DNA of 64,000 nucleotides from an uncultured Gammaproteobacteria bacterium (GTDB lineage: Bacteria > Patescibacteriota > Patescibacteriia > Magasanikbacterales > GWA2-37-8). A program made the translations under genes and the position numbers. The notes beneath the pieces were generated by a model. The model saw only the letters and a program-made list of their open reading frames with translations. It did not search any database and was not told where the DNA came from. Shown here piece after piece: positions 56,417-64,000 of this stretch; the stretch's first letter is position 1, and each line of letters begins with the position of its first letter. Where the stretch lies: the NCBI GenBank assembly GCA_964482695.1, contig CAYZYP010000002.1:46962-110961 (forward strand). The letters run 5' to 3'.

Positions 56417-57472
56417 ATGCGCCGTTTTCAATCCACTAATGCTTTTAATAAATACCGCCCTTACCAAAATCCATGGCAACGTTTTTGCAATTTTTGGAAA
56501 AAAAGAAAAAACAAAAAAATTCCCGTTGTCAGAATAATAGAAACTAACAAATTTGGCGGTAATCCGTATAAAAAAAAGGAGGATACAAAAAGAAGACTTA
56601 GTATTGGCGGAAAGATATTTTTTTTATGTGCTATCACTACTGCTTGGTTAGGGCTTTTAATGTATCTACCTTATTTCCAAATCAAACAAATTAAATACAC
56701 TGGCTTAGAAAATATTTCCAAAAATGAATTAGACTCCTATTTAAATGATAATTTTTTTAAATATAGCCGTGTTATACCTTGGAAAAACTACTTTTTAATC
56801 AACAACGATAAAATAGCAAAAAAAATAGAAAATGATTTTCCGGTCTTAAAAATAGAGGTAAAAAAATGTTTCCCCAATAAAATAGAAATAACTTTAATAG
56901 AAAAAATTTCTACGCTTATTTATGATAACGGAAGTAACTATTATTTATTAGATAGTGGGGGAAACGTGATAAAATTTTTAACCAATGTAAGCGCCAGCGA
57001 ATTTAGAATCATTGAAATTGCTGTTTCTAGTACCAAACCAACAACAACTAATTTTGCCGCCAATCTGGCATCTAGTACCACTTCAACCAACAAAATAGTA
57101 ACTTCTTCGTACCACGTGCCAGATTACCAAAAAATTCAAAAACAATTTGGCAAATATCCTTTATTATACGATAAAAGAAATTTAACTATTACCGGCAATC
57201 AATTAAATAATGTTGTGCCAACTATCCATGTAGCTAGTATATTAGATTGGAACAAACAATTGCCAGAAAAGGGGATAGCCCAACCGCTGTATTATGTTTT
57301 AGAAAATATTGGCGCTGGCATAGAAATTGAAACTAATAAACAATGGAATATCTTTTTTCAGCCAAATATTGATTTAACTACTCAGCTGAATCGTTTAAGA
57401 ATAATTTTAAAGGATAATAAACCGTGGCAATACATTGATCTAAGACATGGAGAAAGAGTTTATTGGAAATAA
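56417..57472 (+). CDS. Hypothetical membrane-anchored protein (single N-terminal TM helix; possibly FtsQ/DivIB-like)
   Basis: One TM helix near residue 70 followed by a large extracytoplasmic domain; no definitive motifs. Confidence 0.3.
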   Translation: MRRFQSTNAFNKYRPYQNPWQRFCNFWKKRKNKKIPVVRIIETNKFGGNPYKKKEDTKRRLSIGGKIFFLCAITTAWLGLLMYLPYFQIKQIKYTGLENISKNELDSYLNDNFFKYSRVIPWKNYFLINNDKIAKKIENDFPVLKIEVKKCFPNKIEITLIEKISTLIYDNGSNYYLLDSGGNVIKFLTNVSASEFRIIEIAVSSTKPTTTNFAANLASSTTSTNKIVTSSYHVPDYQKIQKQFGKYPLLYDKRNLTITGNQLNNVVPTIHVASILDWNKQLPEKGIAQPLYYVLENIGAGIEIETNKQWNIFFQPNIDLTTQLNRLRIILKDNKPWQYIDLRHGERVYWK

Positions 57473-57540
57473 AAAGGGGATAAGTATATTTGACCTATTT
57501 CATTGATATTATATAATATAGTTAATGTCGTATAAGATAG

Positions 57541-57663
57541 ATTAAGCGACATAGTATGGTTCTTTTTTATCAAAAAATATACTCTTACTAATAGCTAACC
57601 ATACTGTGTCGCTTAATCTGCCCACGTAAAGCGACATTTTTTAAAATGTCGCTTTACGTGGGC
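57541..57663. promoter_or_regulatory. Two adjacent palindromes sharing the motif AAGCGACA(T/C) directly upstream of the xer gene; candidate dif-like site or operator
   Basis: IR1 ATTAAGCGACATAGTATGGTT...AACCATACTGTGTCGCTTAAT (57541-57617); IR2 is a perfect palindrome GCCCACGTAAAGCGACATTTT TT AAAATGTCGCTTTACGTGGGC (57620-57663). Confidence 0.5.
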
Positions 57664-57705
57664 TATGTGAGCTACAATATATCTTTTATCAATGTGGAAA
57701 ATATT

Positions 57706-58665
57706 ATGCACAAATCAAACCAGCCTATTACTTACCATATTCCTAATTTTTTGGATTTTTGTGAAGTGGAAAAGGGTTTGAGTCCAGTTACCACCAAAAA
57801 CTATCATAATTTCTTAAAGGTGTTCATTAACTGGCTAAAAGAGCAAAAAAAATCGCTTTTAAGGCCTCATGAACTCACTCCAGAGCATATCTGGCAGTAC
57901 CGGCTATATTTATCGCGTAAAAACGATTTAAAAGGCAAATACATCAAAAAAACCACTCAAAACTACTATCTAATAGCTTTGCGCAACATGCTAAACTATT
58001 TTGCTGAAAAAGATATCATTTCTTTGCCTTCGGACAAAATTAAATTACCTAAAATAACTGACAAAGATAAAAAAATAAAATTCTTACGTTTTGATCAATT
58101 AGAAAAATTAATGTCTATGCCAGACACTTCTAAGACCGAGGGTTTGCGTGATCGGGCGATTTTAGAAATCCTCTTCTCTACTGGTATGCGAGTTTCCGAA
58201 CTTACGTCGCTTAATATTAGATCATTTAATATTGAAAATTTAGAAAAAAATAATTTTATTGAACAAGAATTAAGTATTAGTGGCAAAGGTGGTTCTACTA
58301 GAACTATCTATTTTTCCGCAAGTGCTTTAAAGTGGTTGGCACAATACCTTAAAACCAGAAAAGACATGAACACTCCTCTATTTATCAACTATAAAAAAGA
58401 CAAAGACGATGATGAACATCGCCTTACTCCGCGCTCTGTTGAACGGATTGTCAGAAAATATGCCGTTATGGCAGGGCTGCCTGTTGATGCCACTCCGCAC
58501 ACACTTCGCCATAGTTTTGCCACTGATTTATTAGAACACGGCGCGGACGTGCGCTCGGTGCAAGAGCTATTGGGACACAAAAACATCGTTACCACGCAAA
58601 TTTATACTCATGTTACCAATCCTCACTTAAAAGATATTCATAAACGATTTCATAGTGGAACATAA
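57706..58665 (+). CDS. Tyrosine site-specific recombinase (XerC/XerD/XerH-like)
   Basis: N-terminal core-binding domain and catalytic R...HTLRHSFAT...Y region ending ...GHKNIVTTQIYTHV. Start chosen at MHKSNQPITYHIP. Confidence 0.88.
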   Translation: MHKSNQPITYHIPNFLDFCEVEKGLSPVTTKNYHNFLKVFINWLKEQKKSLLRPHELTPEHIWQYRLYLSRKNDLKGKYIKKTTQNYYLIALRNMLNYFAEKDIISLPSDKIKLPKITDKDKKIKFLRFDQLEKLMSMPDTSKTEGLRDRAILEILFSTGMRVSELTSLNIRSFNIENLEKNNFIEQELSISGKGGSTRTIYFSASALKWLAQYLKTRKDMNTPLFINYKKDKDDDEHRLTPRSVERIVRKYAVMAGLPVDATPHTLRHSFATDLLEHGADVRSVQELLGHKNIVTTQIYTHVTNPHLKDIHKRFHSGT

Positions 58666-58695
58666 AAATAAACCCCATATATATGGGGTTTATTT

Positions 58696-59739
58696 TTAAA
58701 ATTTTAAACTCGCTTCTATTATTAAATCCAACATCTTATTAAAACTAATTCCCATTTTTCCAGCTGCTTCTGGCAGTAAACTAACCGCCGTCATACCGGG
58801 AATAGTATTAGTTTCTATCACATAAAAATTACCATCATCAGCCACAAAAATATCTGTTCTAGACATCCCTCTGCAACCCAAAACTTGGTGCGCCTTAACC
58901 GCGATAACTTGCAATTTTTTATTTACAGTTGGCGAAAAATCGGCTGGACAAATATGGGTAGAACCGCCTTCGTCGTATTTTGACTTATAATCATAAAATT
59001 TACCTTTATTGGCGATTATTCTTGTTGGCGGCAAGGCAAAAGGAATGCCGTTTTTTTCTAACACGCCACAAGTCGCTTCTTTGCCTTTAACAAACTTCTG
59101 CGCCATTAGATAAGAAAAATTTTTAAATGTACTTTCTATTATTTTAACCATTTCTTTTTCCGTGTTAACTATAGAAACCCCCACAGCCGAACCTTGATCA
59201 ACTGGCTTAATAACAACTGGAAAACCAATTTTCTTAATAATTTCTTTAATTAATTGTTTTTTATCTTTTAGCCACTCTATTTTTTGAAAATCTATAAAAT
59301 CCGGGGTTAACAAACCGTGCGCTCGATATATTTCCGCGGTTTTGGCTTTATTCATGGCCAAAGCGCTGGCTAACACTCTGGAGCCAGTATAAGGCACGTT
59401 TAAACACTCTAGTAAGCCTTGTAAGCAACCGTCTTCGCCGTAAGTGCCGTGCAAAGCAATAAAAATTAAATCTAATTTTGTAGCGCTTAAATTATAATTA
59501 TCTTGGCTTGTTGTGATGGAAAAACTTTCTTGCTGTTTTTTGTCGCCGTACTTAATTGATTTTAAATCTCCACTATTAAGCAAAATCATTTTACCGTCTT
59601 TGGACATCTCTATTGGAATAATTTCATATTTCTGATTATCTAAATTTTCTGTTACCGCTCTACCGGTAATTAAAGAAATCTCTCGTTCTGCCGAAGGACC
59701 GCCCATCAATACGCCAATACGTAATTTTTGTTTAGACAT
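58696..59739 (-). CDS. ddl: D-alanine--D-alanine ligase
   Basis: ATP-grasp motifs and the conserved EDGCLQGLLE, FPVVIKP and ETNTIPG. Start chosen at MSKQKLRIGVLMGG. Confidence 0.92.
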   Translation of the reverse strand: MSKQKLRIGVLMGGPSAEREISLITGRAVTENLDNQKYEIIPIEMSKDGKMILLNSGDLKSIKYGDKKQQESFSITTSQDNYNLSATKLDLIFIALHGTYGEDGCLQGLLECLNVPYTGSRVLASALAMNKAKTAEIYRAHGLLTPDFIDFQKIEWLKDKKQLIKEIIKKIGFPVVIKPVDQGSAVGVSIVNTEKEMVKIIESTFKNFSYLMAQKFVKGKEATCGVLEKNGIPFALPPTRIIANKGKFYDYKSKYDEGGSTHICPADFSPTVNKKLQVIAVKAHQVLGCRGMSRTDIFVADDGNFYVIETNTIPGMTAVSLLPEAAGKMGISFNKMLDLIIEASLKF

Positions 59740-59862
59740 ATTTTTTCTATATAAACCCTTCCCTGTGACAAAGACCACAGGGTATATAAACTCCTCGGCT
59801 CGGAAAAGCAAACTCGTTTGCTTTTCACTCGCCTGCGTCGCTTATCAACTAAACAGATAATT

Positions 59863-61095
59863 TTATTTCAAATATCCCAATGGATCTACCGGTATGCCAC
59901 TCGCGCGCACTTCAAAGTGTAAATGCGGACCAGTGACAAACGGCCCGGCGCCAACCGTGCCTGGCGTGCCACCGGAATAACCAATAATATCTCCTGTATT
60001 TACATACTGATCAGCGCTAACAGTAATTTTGCTTAAGTGGCCATAAAGAGTGGACAAATTACCAGTGTGTACGATTAAAACATAAGCATAGCAAGAAGCA
60101 GCGGAACATGTTCTGGCGCGCGCTATATAGCCAGAAGCGGCCGCTTGAATAGGCGTACCTTGAGAAGCGCGCAAATCCATACCACTATGCTCAAAAACAT
60201 AGCGATAGGGGTAATCCGGATCGTGAAAATAAGAGGTAATATAATGACTTGGTGTTGGCCAAATTAAAGTGGTTGGACCACTAGTAGAATATTTGTCTTT
60301 TTCCGCTAATTTTTTTTGTACTTCTCTTTCATAACTACGCACTTCGTTTTCTATAGCCTGATACTGTTGCCTTAAACTGCTGACCAAAGTTTTGTATTGC
60401 CATTCCGAAGAAACGGTTTGAGTTAATAAATTTTCTTTAACATTGGTCTGATCGGATAAATTCAATCTTTTTTGTTCTAAATCTGTTTTTAATTTTTCAT
60501 AATCAGCTTTAATTTTGTCTTGCTCGGTTTTTTTGGTTTCTAAATCTGTTTTTGCCAAACGCAAACTTTTTAAAGAACGCCCCAAATCTTGTTGCAAAGT
60601 TTCTAACTGCTGAACTTCGGTATAAAAATCAGAAAAAGTATTGTTAGTTAACATGACTGTTAAATAATTTTTATTCTGTTCGCGGTTAAGATCGCGAATC
60701 ATTTTAGTAATAATTGTTTTTTGACGTTCAATCACTGTTTCTTTTTCTTTAATACTTAATTTTAAAGAATCAATTTCTAATTGTGTTTTTTTAATTTTTT
60801 CTTCTGTTAACAAAATATCTGTTTTAATTTTATCTATATGGTCGCCTAAAATACTTAGTTGGTTTCTTAACGAAGTAGCTTCTAATTGCTTTTGTTTAAT
60901 GCTTTGGTTGTATTTATTAATAGTGTCTTCTAGTTGTTTAATTTTATCTTTTTTTTCGTCTATTTTTTTATTTAAATCGGTAATTTCATCCGCAGTAGTT
61001 GTAGCTGTGGCTGATAAAGGATTAAATACAAAAAAACATTGGGTAAGTAATGTAAAAATTATAACTAGGCTGATAATTTTTGAAAATTTTCGCAT
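59863..61095 (-). CDS. M23/LytM-family metallopeptidase with a long N-terminal coiled coil (EnvC-like)
   Basis: Signal peptide, ~250 aa of coiled coil, then HTGNLSTLYGHLS...GPHLHFEVR. The ORF-track start at 61161 falls inside a repeat; the Met at 61095 precedes the signal peptide. Confidence 0.85.
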   Translation of the reverse strand: MRKFSKIISLVIIFTLLTQCFFVFNPLSATATTTADEITDLNKKIDEKKDKIKQLEDTINKYNQSIKQKQLEATSLRNQLSILGDHIDKIKTDILLTEEKIKKTQLEIDSLKLSIKEKETVIERQKTIITKMIRDLNREQNKNYLTVMLTNNTFSDFYTEVQQLETLQQDLGRSLKSLRLAKTDLETKKTEQDKIKADYEKLKTDLEQKRLNLSDQTNVKENLLTQTVSSEWQYKTLVSSLRQQYQAIENEVRSYEREVQKKLAEKDKYSTSGPTTLIWPTPSHYITSYFHDPDYPYRYVFEHSGMDLRASQGTPIQAAASGYIARARTCSAASCYAYVLIVHTGNLSTLYGHLSKITVSADQYVNTGDIIGYSGGTPGTVGAGPFVTGPHLHFEVRASGIPVDPLGYLK

Positions 61096-61126
61096 AAGTT
61101 TTATAATTTTTATAATTTGTTGATAA

Positions 61127-61259
61127 TATCTTTTTTTGGAGTTTGCGAGGCAAAATTGCACGGCTCCCCGACTCAGTCGGGGAAATTTTGTCGAGCACTT
61201 AAGTCAATTTTGTCGCTGGACAAAATTGACGTGTCTAAAAAAAGATGTTATCAACAAAT
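61127..61259. repeat. Nested-palindrome structured repeat, copy 3 (reverse orientation); the outer right arm overlaps the last codons of gltX
   Basis: Outer arms TTTGTTGATAATATCTTTTTTT / AAAAAAAGATGTTATCAACAAA around the reverse complement of the same ~90-nt core. Confidence 0.8.
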
Positions 61260-62729
61260 ATTAAATTTTTTAACTGCTGATTTTATTCTTCGTAAACTTT
61301 CTTCTTTGCCAAGAACATCGGCTATTTCAAATGGCCCGGGAGATTTTTCTAAACCAGACAAAATTACTCTAAATGGCCACAAAACACTGCCATTATTATA
61401 GCCATTTTCTTTTACCCACTCCCCTATTCGTTTTTTTAGGATATCTTTGTTCCATTCTTTTTCACTAAAACTATCTAGTAAATTTTCTAAAGCTGGTAAA
61501 ATTTCCTTTAATTCGTTAGCAGAACTTTTTTTCCAAATCAATAATTCTGGCTGATAATCCGGCAATTTAAATATAAACTCTATCGCGCTCGGCAATTCGG
61601 ATAAAATCGCTATCCGTTCTCTTTCCAAAGACACTGCTTTGGTTAACAATTCACTTTTTTCAGCTATTTTTTCTAACCATGGCCAAGCTTTTTCTACCAA
61701 TTCGCTATCACTCAACTTCTTGATATATTGTTTATTATACCACGCTAGCTTATCCATGTTAAATATCGCACCAGCTTTGCCCACTTTTTCCAAATCAAAC
61801 TCACTCACCAGCTCTTTTAAAGTAAACAATTCCCTATCATCACCGGGATTCCAACCTAAAAAGGCGACAAAATTAATTAACGCTTCTGGCAAATAACCTT
61901 TTTTAATATAATCTTCTACCGCCACATCGCCTTGACGCTTGCTTAACTTTGATTTATCTGAATTAAGTAGTAGTGGCAGGTGTGCCATTTGAGGAATTTC
62001 CCAACCAAAATATTTGTAAAGCTGAATATGTTTTGGCACGCTTGAAATCCATTCTTCACCGCGAATAATGTGTGATACTTCCATTAGATGATCGTCGACA
62101 ACAACTGCAAGATGATAAGTTGGGTAACCATCCGATTTTAAAATAACTTGATCATCAATTAATTCATTTTTAATTTTTACTTCACCGCGAATCAGATCTT
62201 TAAAAATAGTTTCGCCGGTTTTTGGCATTTTCATTCGCACGACGTATTTTCCACCAGCAGAAATTCTTTTTTTAGCTTCTTCTAAATTTATTTCACGACA
62301 ATGGCCATCATAGCCGGTAGGCAATTTTTTCTTTTGCTGGCGATCACGTAATTCTGTTAATCTTTCGGGAGTACAAAAACAATAATAGGCGTGGCCTTTT
62401 TCTAAAAGCTCGTTAACATATTTTTTATAAATATCTAATCGTTCTGATTGGATGTACGAACCGTTTTCCCCTTCTTGTATTGTTTGGCACTCCCCTGTTG
62501 ACTCATAATCTAATTTTACTCCTTCATCTGGCATGATGCCTGCCCAATAAAGAGATTTTAAAATATTAGTAACACCATCAGCTACAAAACGTTCGCGATC
62601 GGTATCTTCAATTCGTAATAAAAACTTACCACCATTTTTTTTGGCGAATAAATATGAATACAGCGCGGTGCGCAGACCGCCTATGTGCAAGTAACCGGTT
62701 GGGCTGGGGGCAAAACGAGTTTTAATCAT
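61251..62729 (-). CDS. gltX: Glutamyl-tRNA synthetase
   Basis: Motifs RFAPSPTGYLHIGG (HIGH) and KLSKR (KMSKS). Confidence 0.95.
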   Translation of the reverse strand: MIKTRFAPSPTGYLHIGGLRTALYSYLFAKKNGGKFLLRIEDTDRERFVADGVTNILKSLYWAGIMPDEGVKLDYESTGECQTIQEGENGSYIQSERLDIYKKYVNELLEKGHAYYCFCTPERLTELRDRQQKKKLPTGYDGHCREINLEEAKKRISAGGKYVVRMKMPKTGETIFKDLIRGEVKIKNELIDDQVILKSDGYPTYHLAVVVDDHLMEVSHIIRGEEWISSVPKHIQLYKYFGWEIPQMAHLPLLLNSDKSKLSKRQGDVAVEDYIKKGYLPEALINFVAFLGWNPGDDRELFTLKELVSEFDLEKVGKAGAIFNMDKLAWYNKQYIKKLSDSELVEKAWPWLEKIAEKSELLTKAVSLERERIAILSELPSAIEFIFKLPDYQPELLIWKKSSANELKEILPALENLLDSFSEKEWNKDILKKRIGEWVKENGYNNGSVLWPFRVILSGLEKSPGPFEIADVLGKEESLRRIKSAVKKFNIC

Positions 62730-62779
62730 AAATGAATTAAAATCTAAATTCTAACATCGGAATGAGAATTTAGTTTGGT

Positions 62780-63514
62780 TTAGGATTTTATTATTAACAA
62801 CAAAAACTTAAATGTCGCTTTAAAAATCCTCTCTGCTCTTTTTGGTTGTTTTATTAATCTATACATCCATTCTAACCCAATTTTACGTAGCCAGCAAGGC
62901 GCGCGTTTAACAAATCCGGAAATATAATCAAAAGCACCGCCAACACCCATAGCGATTTTAACGCTCGGCATTTTATTCAAATTCTCGTAAATCCATTTTT
63001 CTTGCTTATTGTGGCCAAAAGCGATAAATAAAATGTCTGGCTTAAAACTGTTTATCTTGTATAAAATTTTACTATTTTCCGCTTGATCATAAATTAGTTG
63101 TTGGCTGTTTTTATCTAAAACATAACTCGCGCCTTGGTCATAGCCAACAATTTTAAGTTTGGGAAATTGTTTTTGTAAATTTTCAACTGTTTTTTTAACA
63201 ATTTCATCACTACCCGACCCTAACAAATACACCTCTCTCCCCTCTTTTTCCGCGATTTCACATATTTCCAGCATAAAATCAATGCCGGTAATTCGCTTAC
63301 ACCCAGAAACCAAAGCTAATCCAAACCCATCGCATAAATTTAGATCACCACTATTTAATACTTCCTTAAAATATTCATCTTTTCGCGCGTCTACCAGCAT
63401 TTCCGGATTAGGTGTAAATATTTTATATTGCTTATCGGAATTTAAAAATTCAAGCACTTTATTTTTTGCTTCTATTATGTTTGGTTCACTTATTTTAACT
63501 CCCAAGTAACCCAT
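62780..63514 (-). CDS. WecB/TagA/CpsF-family glycosyltransferase (GT26)
   Basis: Contains CDGFGL.., ...QEKW... and MGVGGAFDY. Confidence 0.85.
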   Translation of the reverse strand: MGYLGVKISEPNIIEAKNKVLEFLNSDKQYKIFTPNPEMLVDARKDEYFKEVLNSGDLNLCDGFGLALVSGCKRITGIDFMLEICEIAEKEGREVYLLGSGSDEIVKKTVENLQKQFPKLKIVGYDQGASYVLDKNSQQLIYDQAENSKILYKINSFKPDILFIAFGHNKQEKWIYENLNKMPSVKIAMGVGGAFDYISGFVKRAPCWLRKIGLEWMYRLIKQPKRAERIFKATFKFLLLIIKS

Positions 63515-63525
63515 ATTTTAAACCA

Positions 63526-63981
63526 TTAATTTTTCTGGCCCGCGAGTTCTTTAATATATAATCTATTAGACATTGACGCCAATTCTCCAGCTAAATACTG
63601 CTTATGTTTTATTCTTTCTATTAATTTTTCTTCTAAACCATGCATTTCTTTTAAACGTTTTTCAGTTAAACTAAACATTTTATCAAAATACCCTACTTTT
63701 TTTATTTCAAATAACGCTATCTCATCTTTTAATTTCGTTAATTTTTGATGTAAGACCTCAATTTCTCTTCTTAATCTATATACTTTACTCGTTATCTGAT
63801 CAGAATTATAATCACCTGCTTTAACCTTTGCTATTACATCATCTTCTAAGGCGTATTCTGATTCTCTGTTTAATGGCGCCACACCCTCTATTCTTTCAAA
63901 CGGCAAACCTGTTATTATTACCGTTTCATTTAAATCAGCTGGCAAACCTTCTGCTTGTTTAGTTTGAAAACCTTCATACAT
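63526..63981 (-). CDS. Hypothetical coiled-coil protein
   Basis: 151 aa, complete within the window (an upstream in-frame stop is present); no recognisable family. Confidence 0.35.
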   Translation of the reverse strand: MYEGFQTKQAEGLPADLNETVIITGLPFERIEGVAPLNRESEYALEDDVIAKVKAGDYNSDQITSKVYRLRREIEVLHQKLTKLKDEIALFEIKKVGYFDKMFSLTEKRLKEMHGLEEKLIERIKHKQYLAGELASMSNRLYIKELAGQKN

Positions 63982-64000
63982 ATAAAATATTTTTTAAATT

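Noticed and set aside
61096-61161. ORF-track N-terminal 22 aa of the M23 peptidase (MQFCLANSKKRYYQQIIKIIKL)
   Set aside because: They are encoded by the repeat element. The Met at 61095 is followed directly by a signal peptide, so the extension is probably not translated.

Overview
This 64 kb window is a gene-dense, low-GC (about 33-35% by eye) stretch of bacterial chromosome, almost entirely housekeeping. The gene content and several degenerate features (no alpha-CTD on RpoA, a PriA with eroded ATPase motifs, short ATP-synthase delta, mostly Shine-Dalgarno-less starts) fit a reduced-genome bacterium, possibly a CPR/Patescibacteria-like lineage; this is inference. TAA, TAG and TGA are all used as stops, so the standard code 11 applies.

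Gene content, in order:
- AlaRS C-terminal fragment, GtrA, and the ribosomal operon tail infA-rpmJ-rpsM-rpsK-rpsD-rpoA-rplQ plus rplM-rpsI.
- A surface-glycan cluster: flippase, GT4, GT2 and an O-antigen-ligase-like protein.
- fmt and def, separated by a ~0.55 kb GC-rich (about 65%) foreign-looking island.
- priA, a LigB-like protein and a DD-carboxypeptidase.
- A copper module: csoR, an HMA-membrane protein and copA.
- thiI, a DEDD exonuclease, and an isc operon (Rrf2 regulator, iscS, iscU, ferredoxin).
- rsmI, metG, cvpA, tatD and the complete F1F0 ATP synthase operon (atpZ-like, B, E, F, H, A, G, D, C).
- A MsbA-like ABC exporter, a NUDIX hydrolase and two tRNAs.
- A UvrD/AddA-like helicase-nuclease, a DciA/DUF721 protein, mreBCD-mrdA and greA.
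- lysS, a cytidylyltransferase-like enzyme, an RdgB-NUDIX fusion, serS, alr, a Xer recombinase, ddl, an M23 peptidase, gltX and a WecG/TagA-family transferase.

The unusual material is all non-genic or intragenic repeat structure, plus a few odd genes:
1. A ~95 bp palindromic element sits in-frame inside three different CDSs (ligase-like gene, fmt, iscS), in the manner of Rickettsia palindromic elements.
2. A ~100 bp structured repeat with compensatory base-pair changes occurs three times, each time inside a locus-specific ~22 bp inverted repeat.
3. A third family of long perfect hairpins (34-35 bp stems) shares a conserved ~45 bp tail.
4. A tRNA has a Gly-type acceptor stem and U73 but a noncanonical anticodon loop (UUUUUAAA).
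5. A GC-rich insertion between def and fmt carries its own promoter, Shine-Dalgarno sequence and a 128-aa ORF.
6. An 11-Cys 43-aa peptide gene closes the atp operon.
7. A candidate dif-like palindrome pair lies directly upstream of the xer gene.
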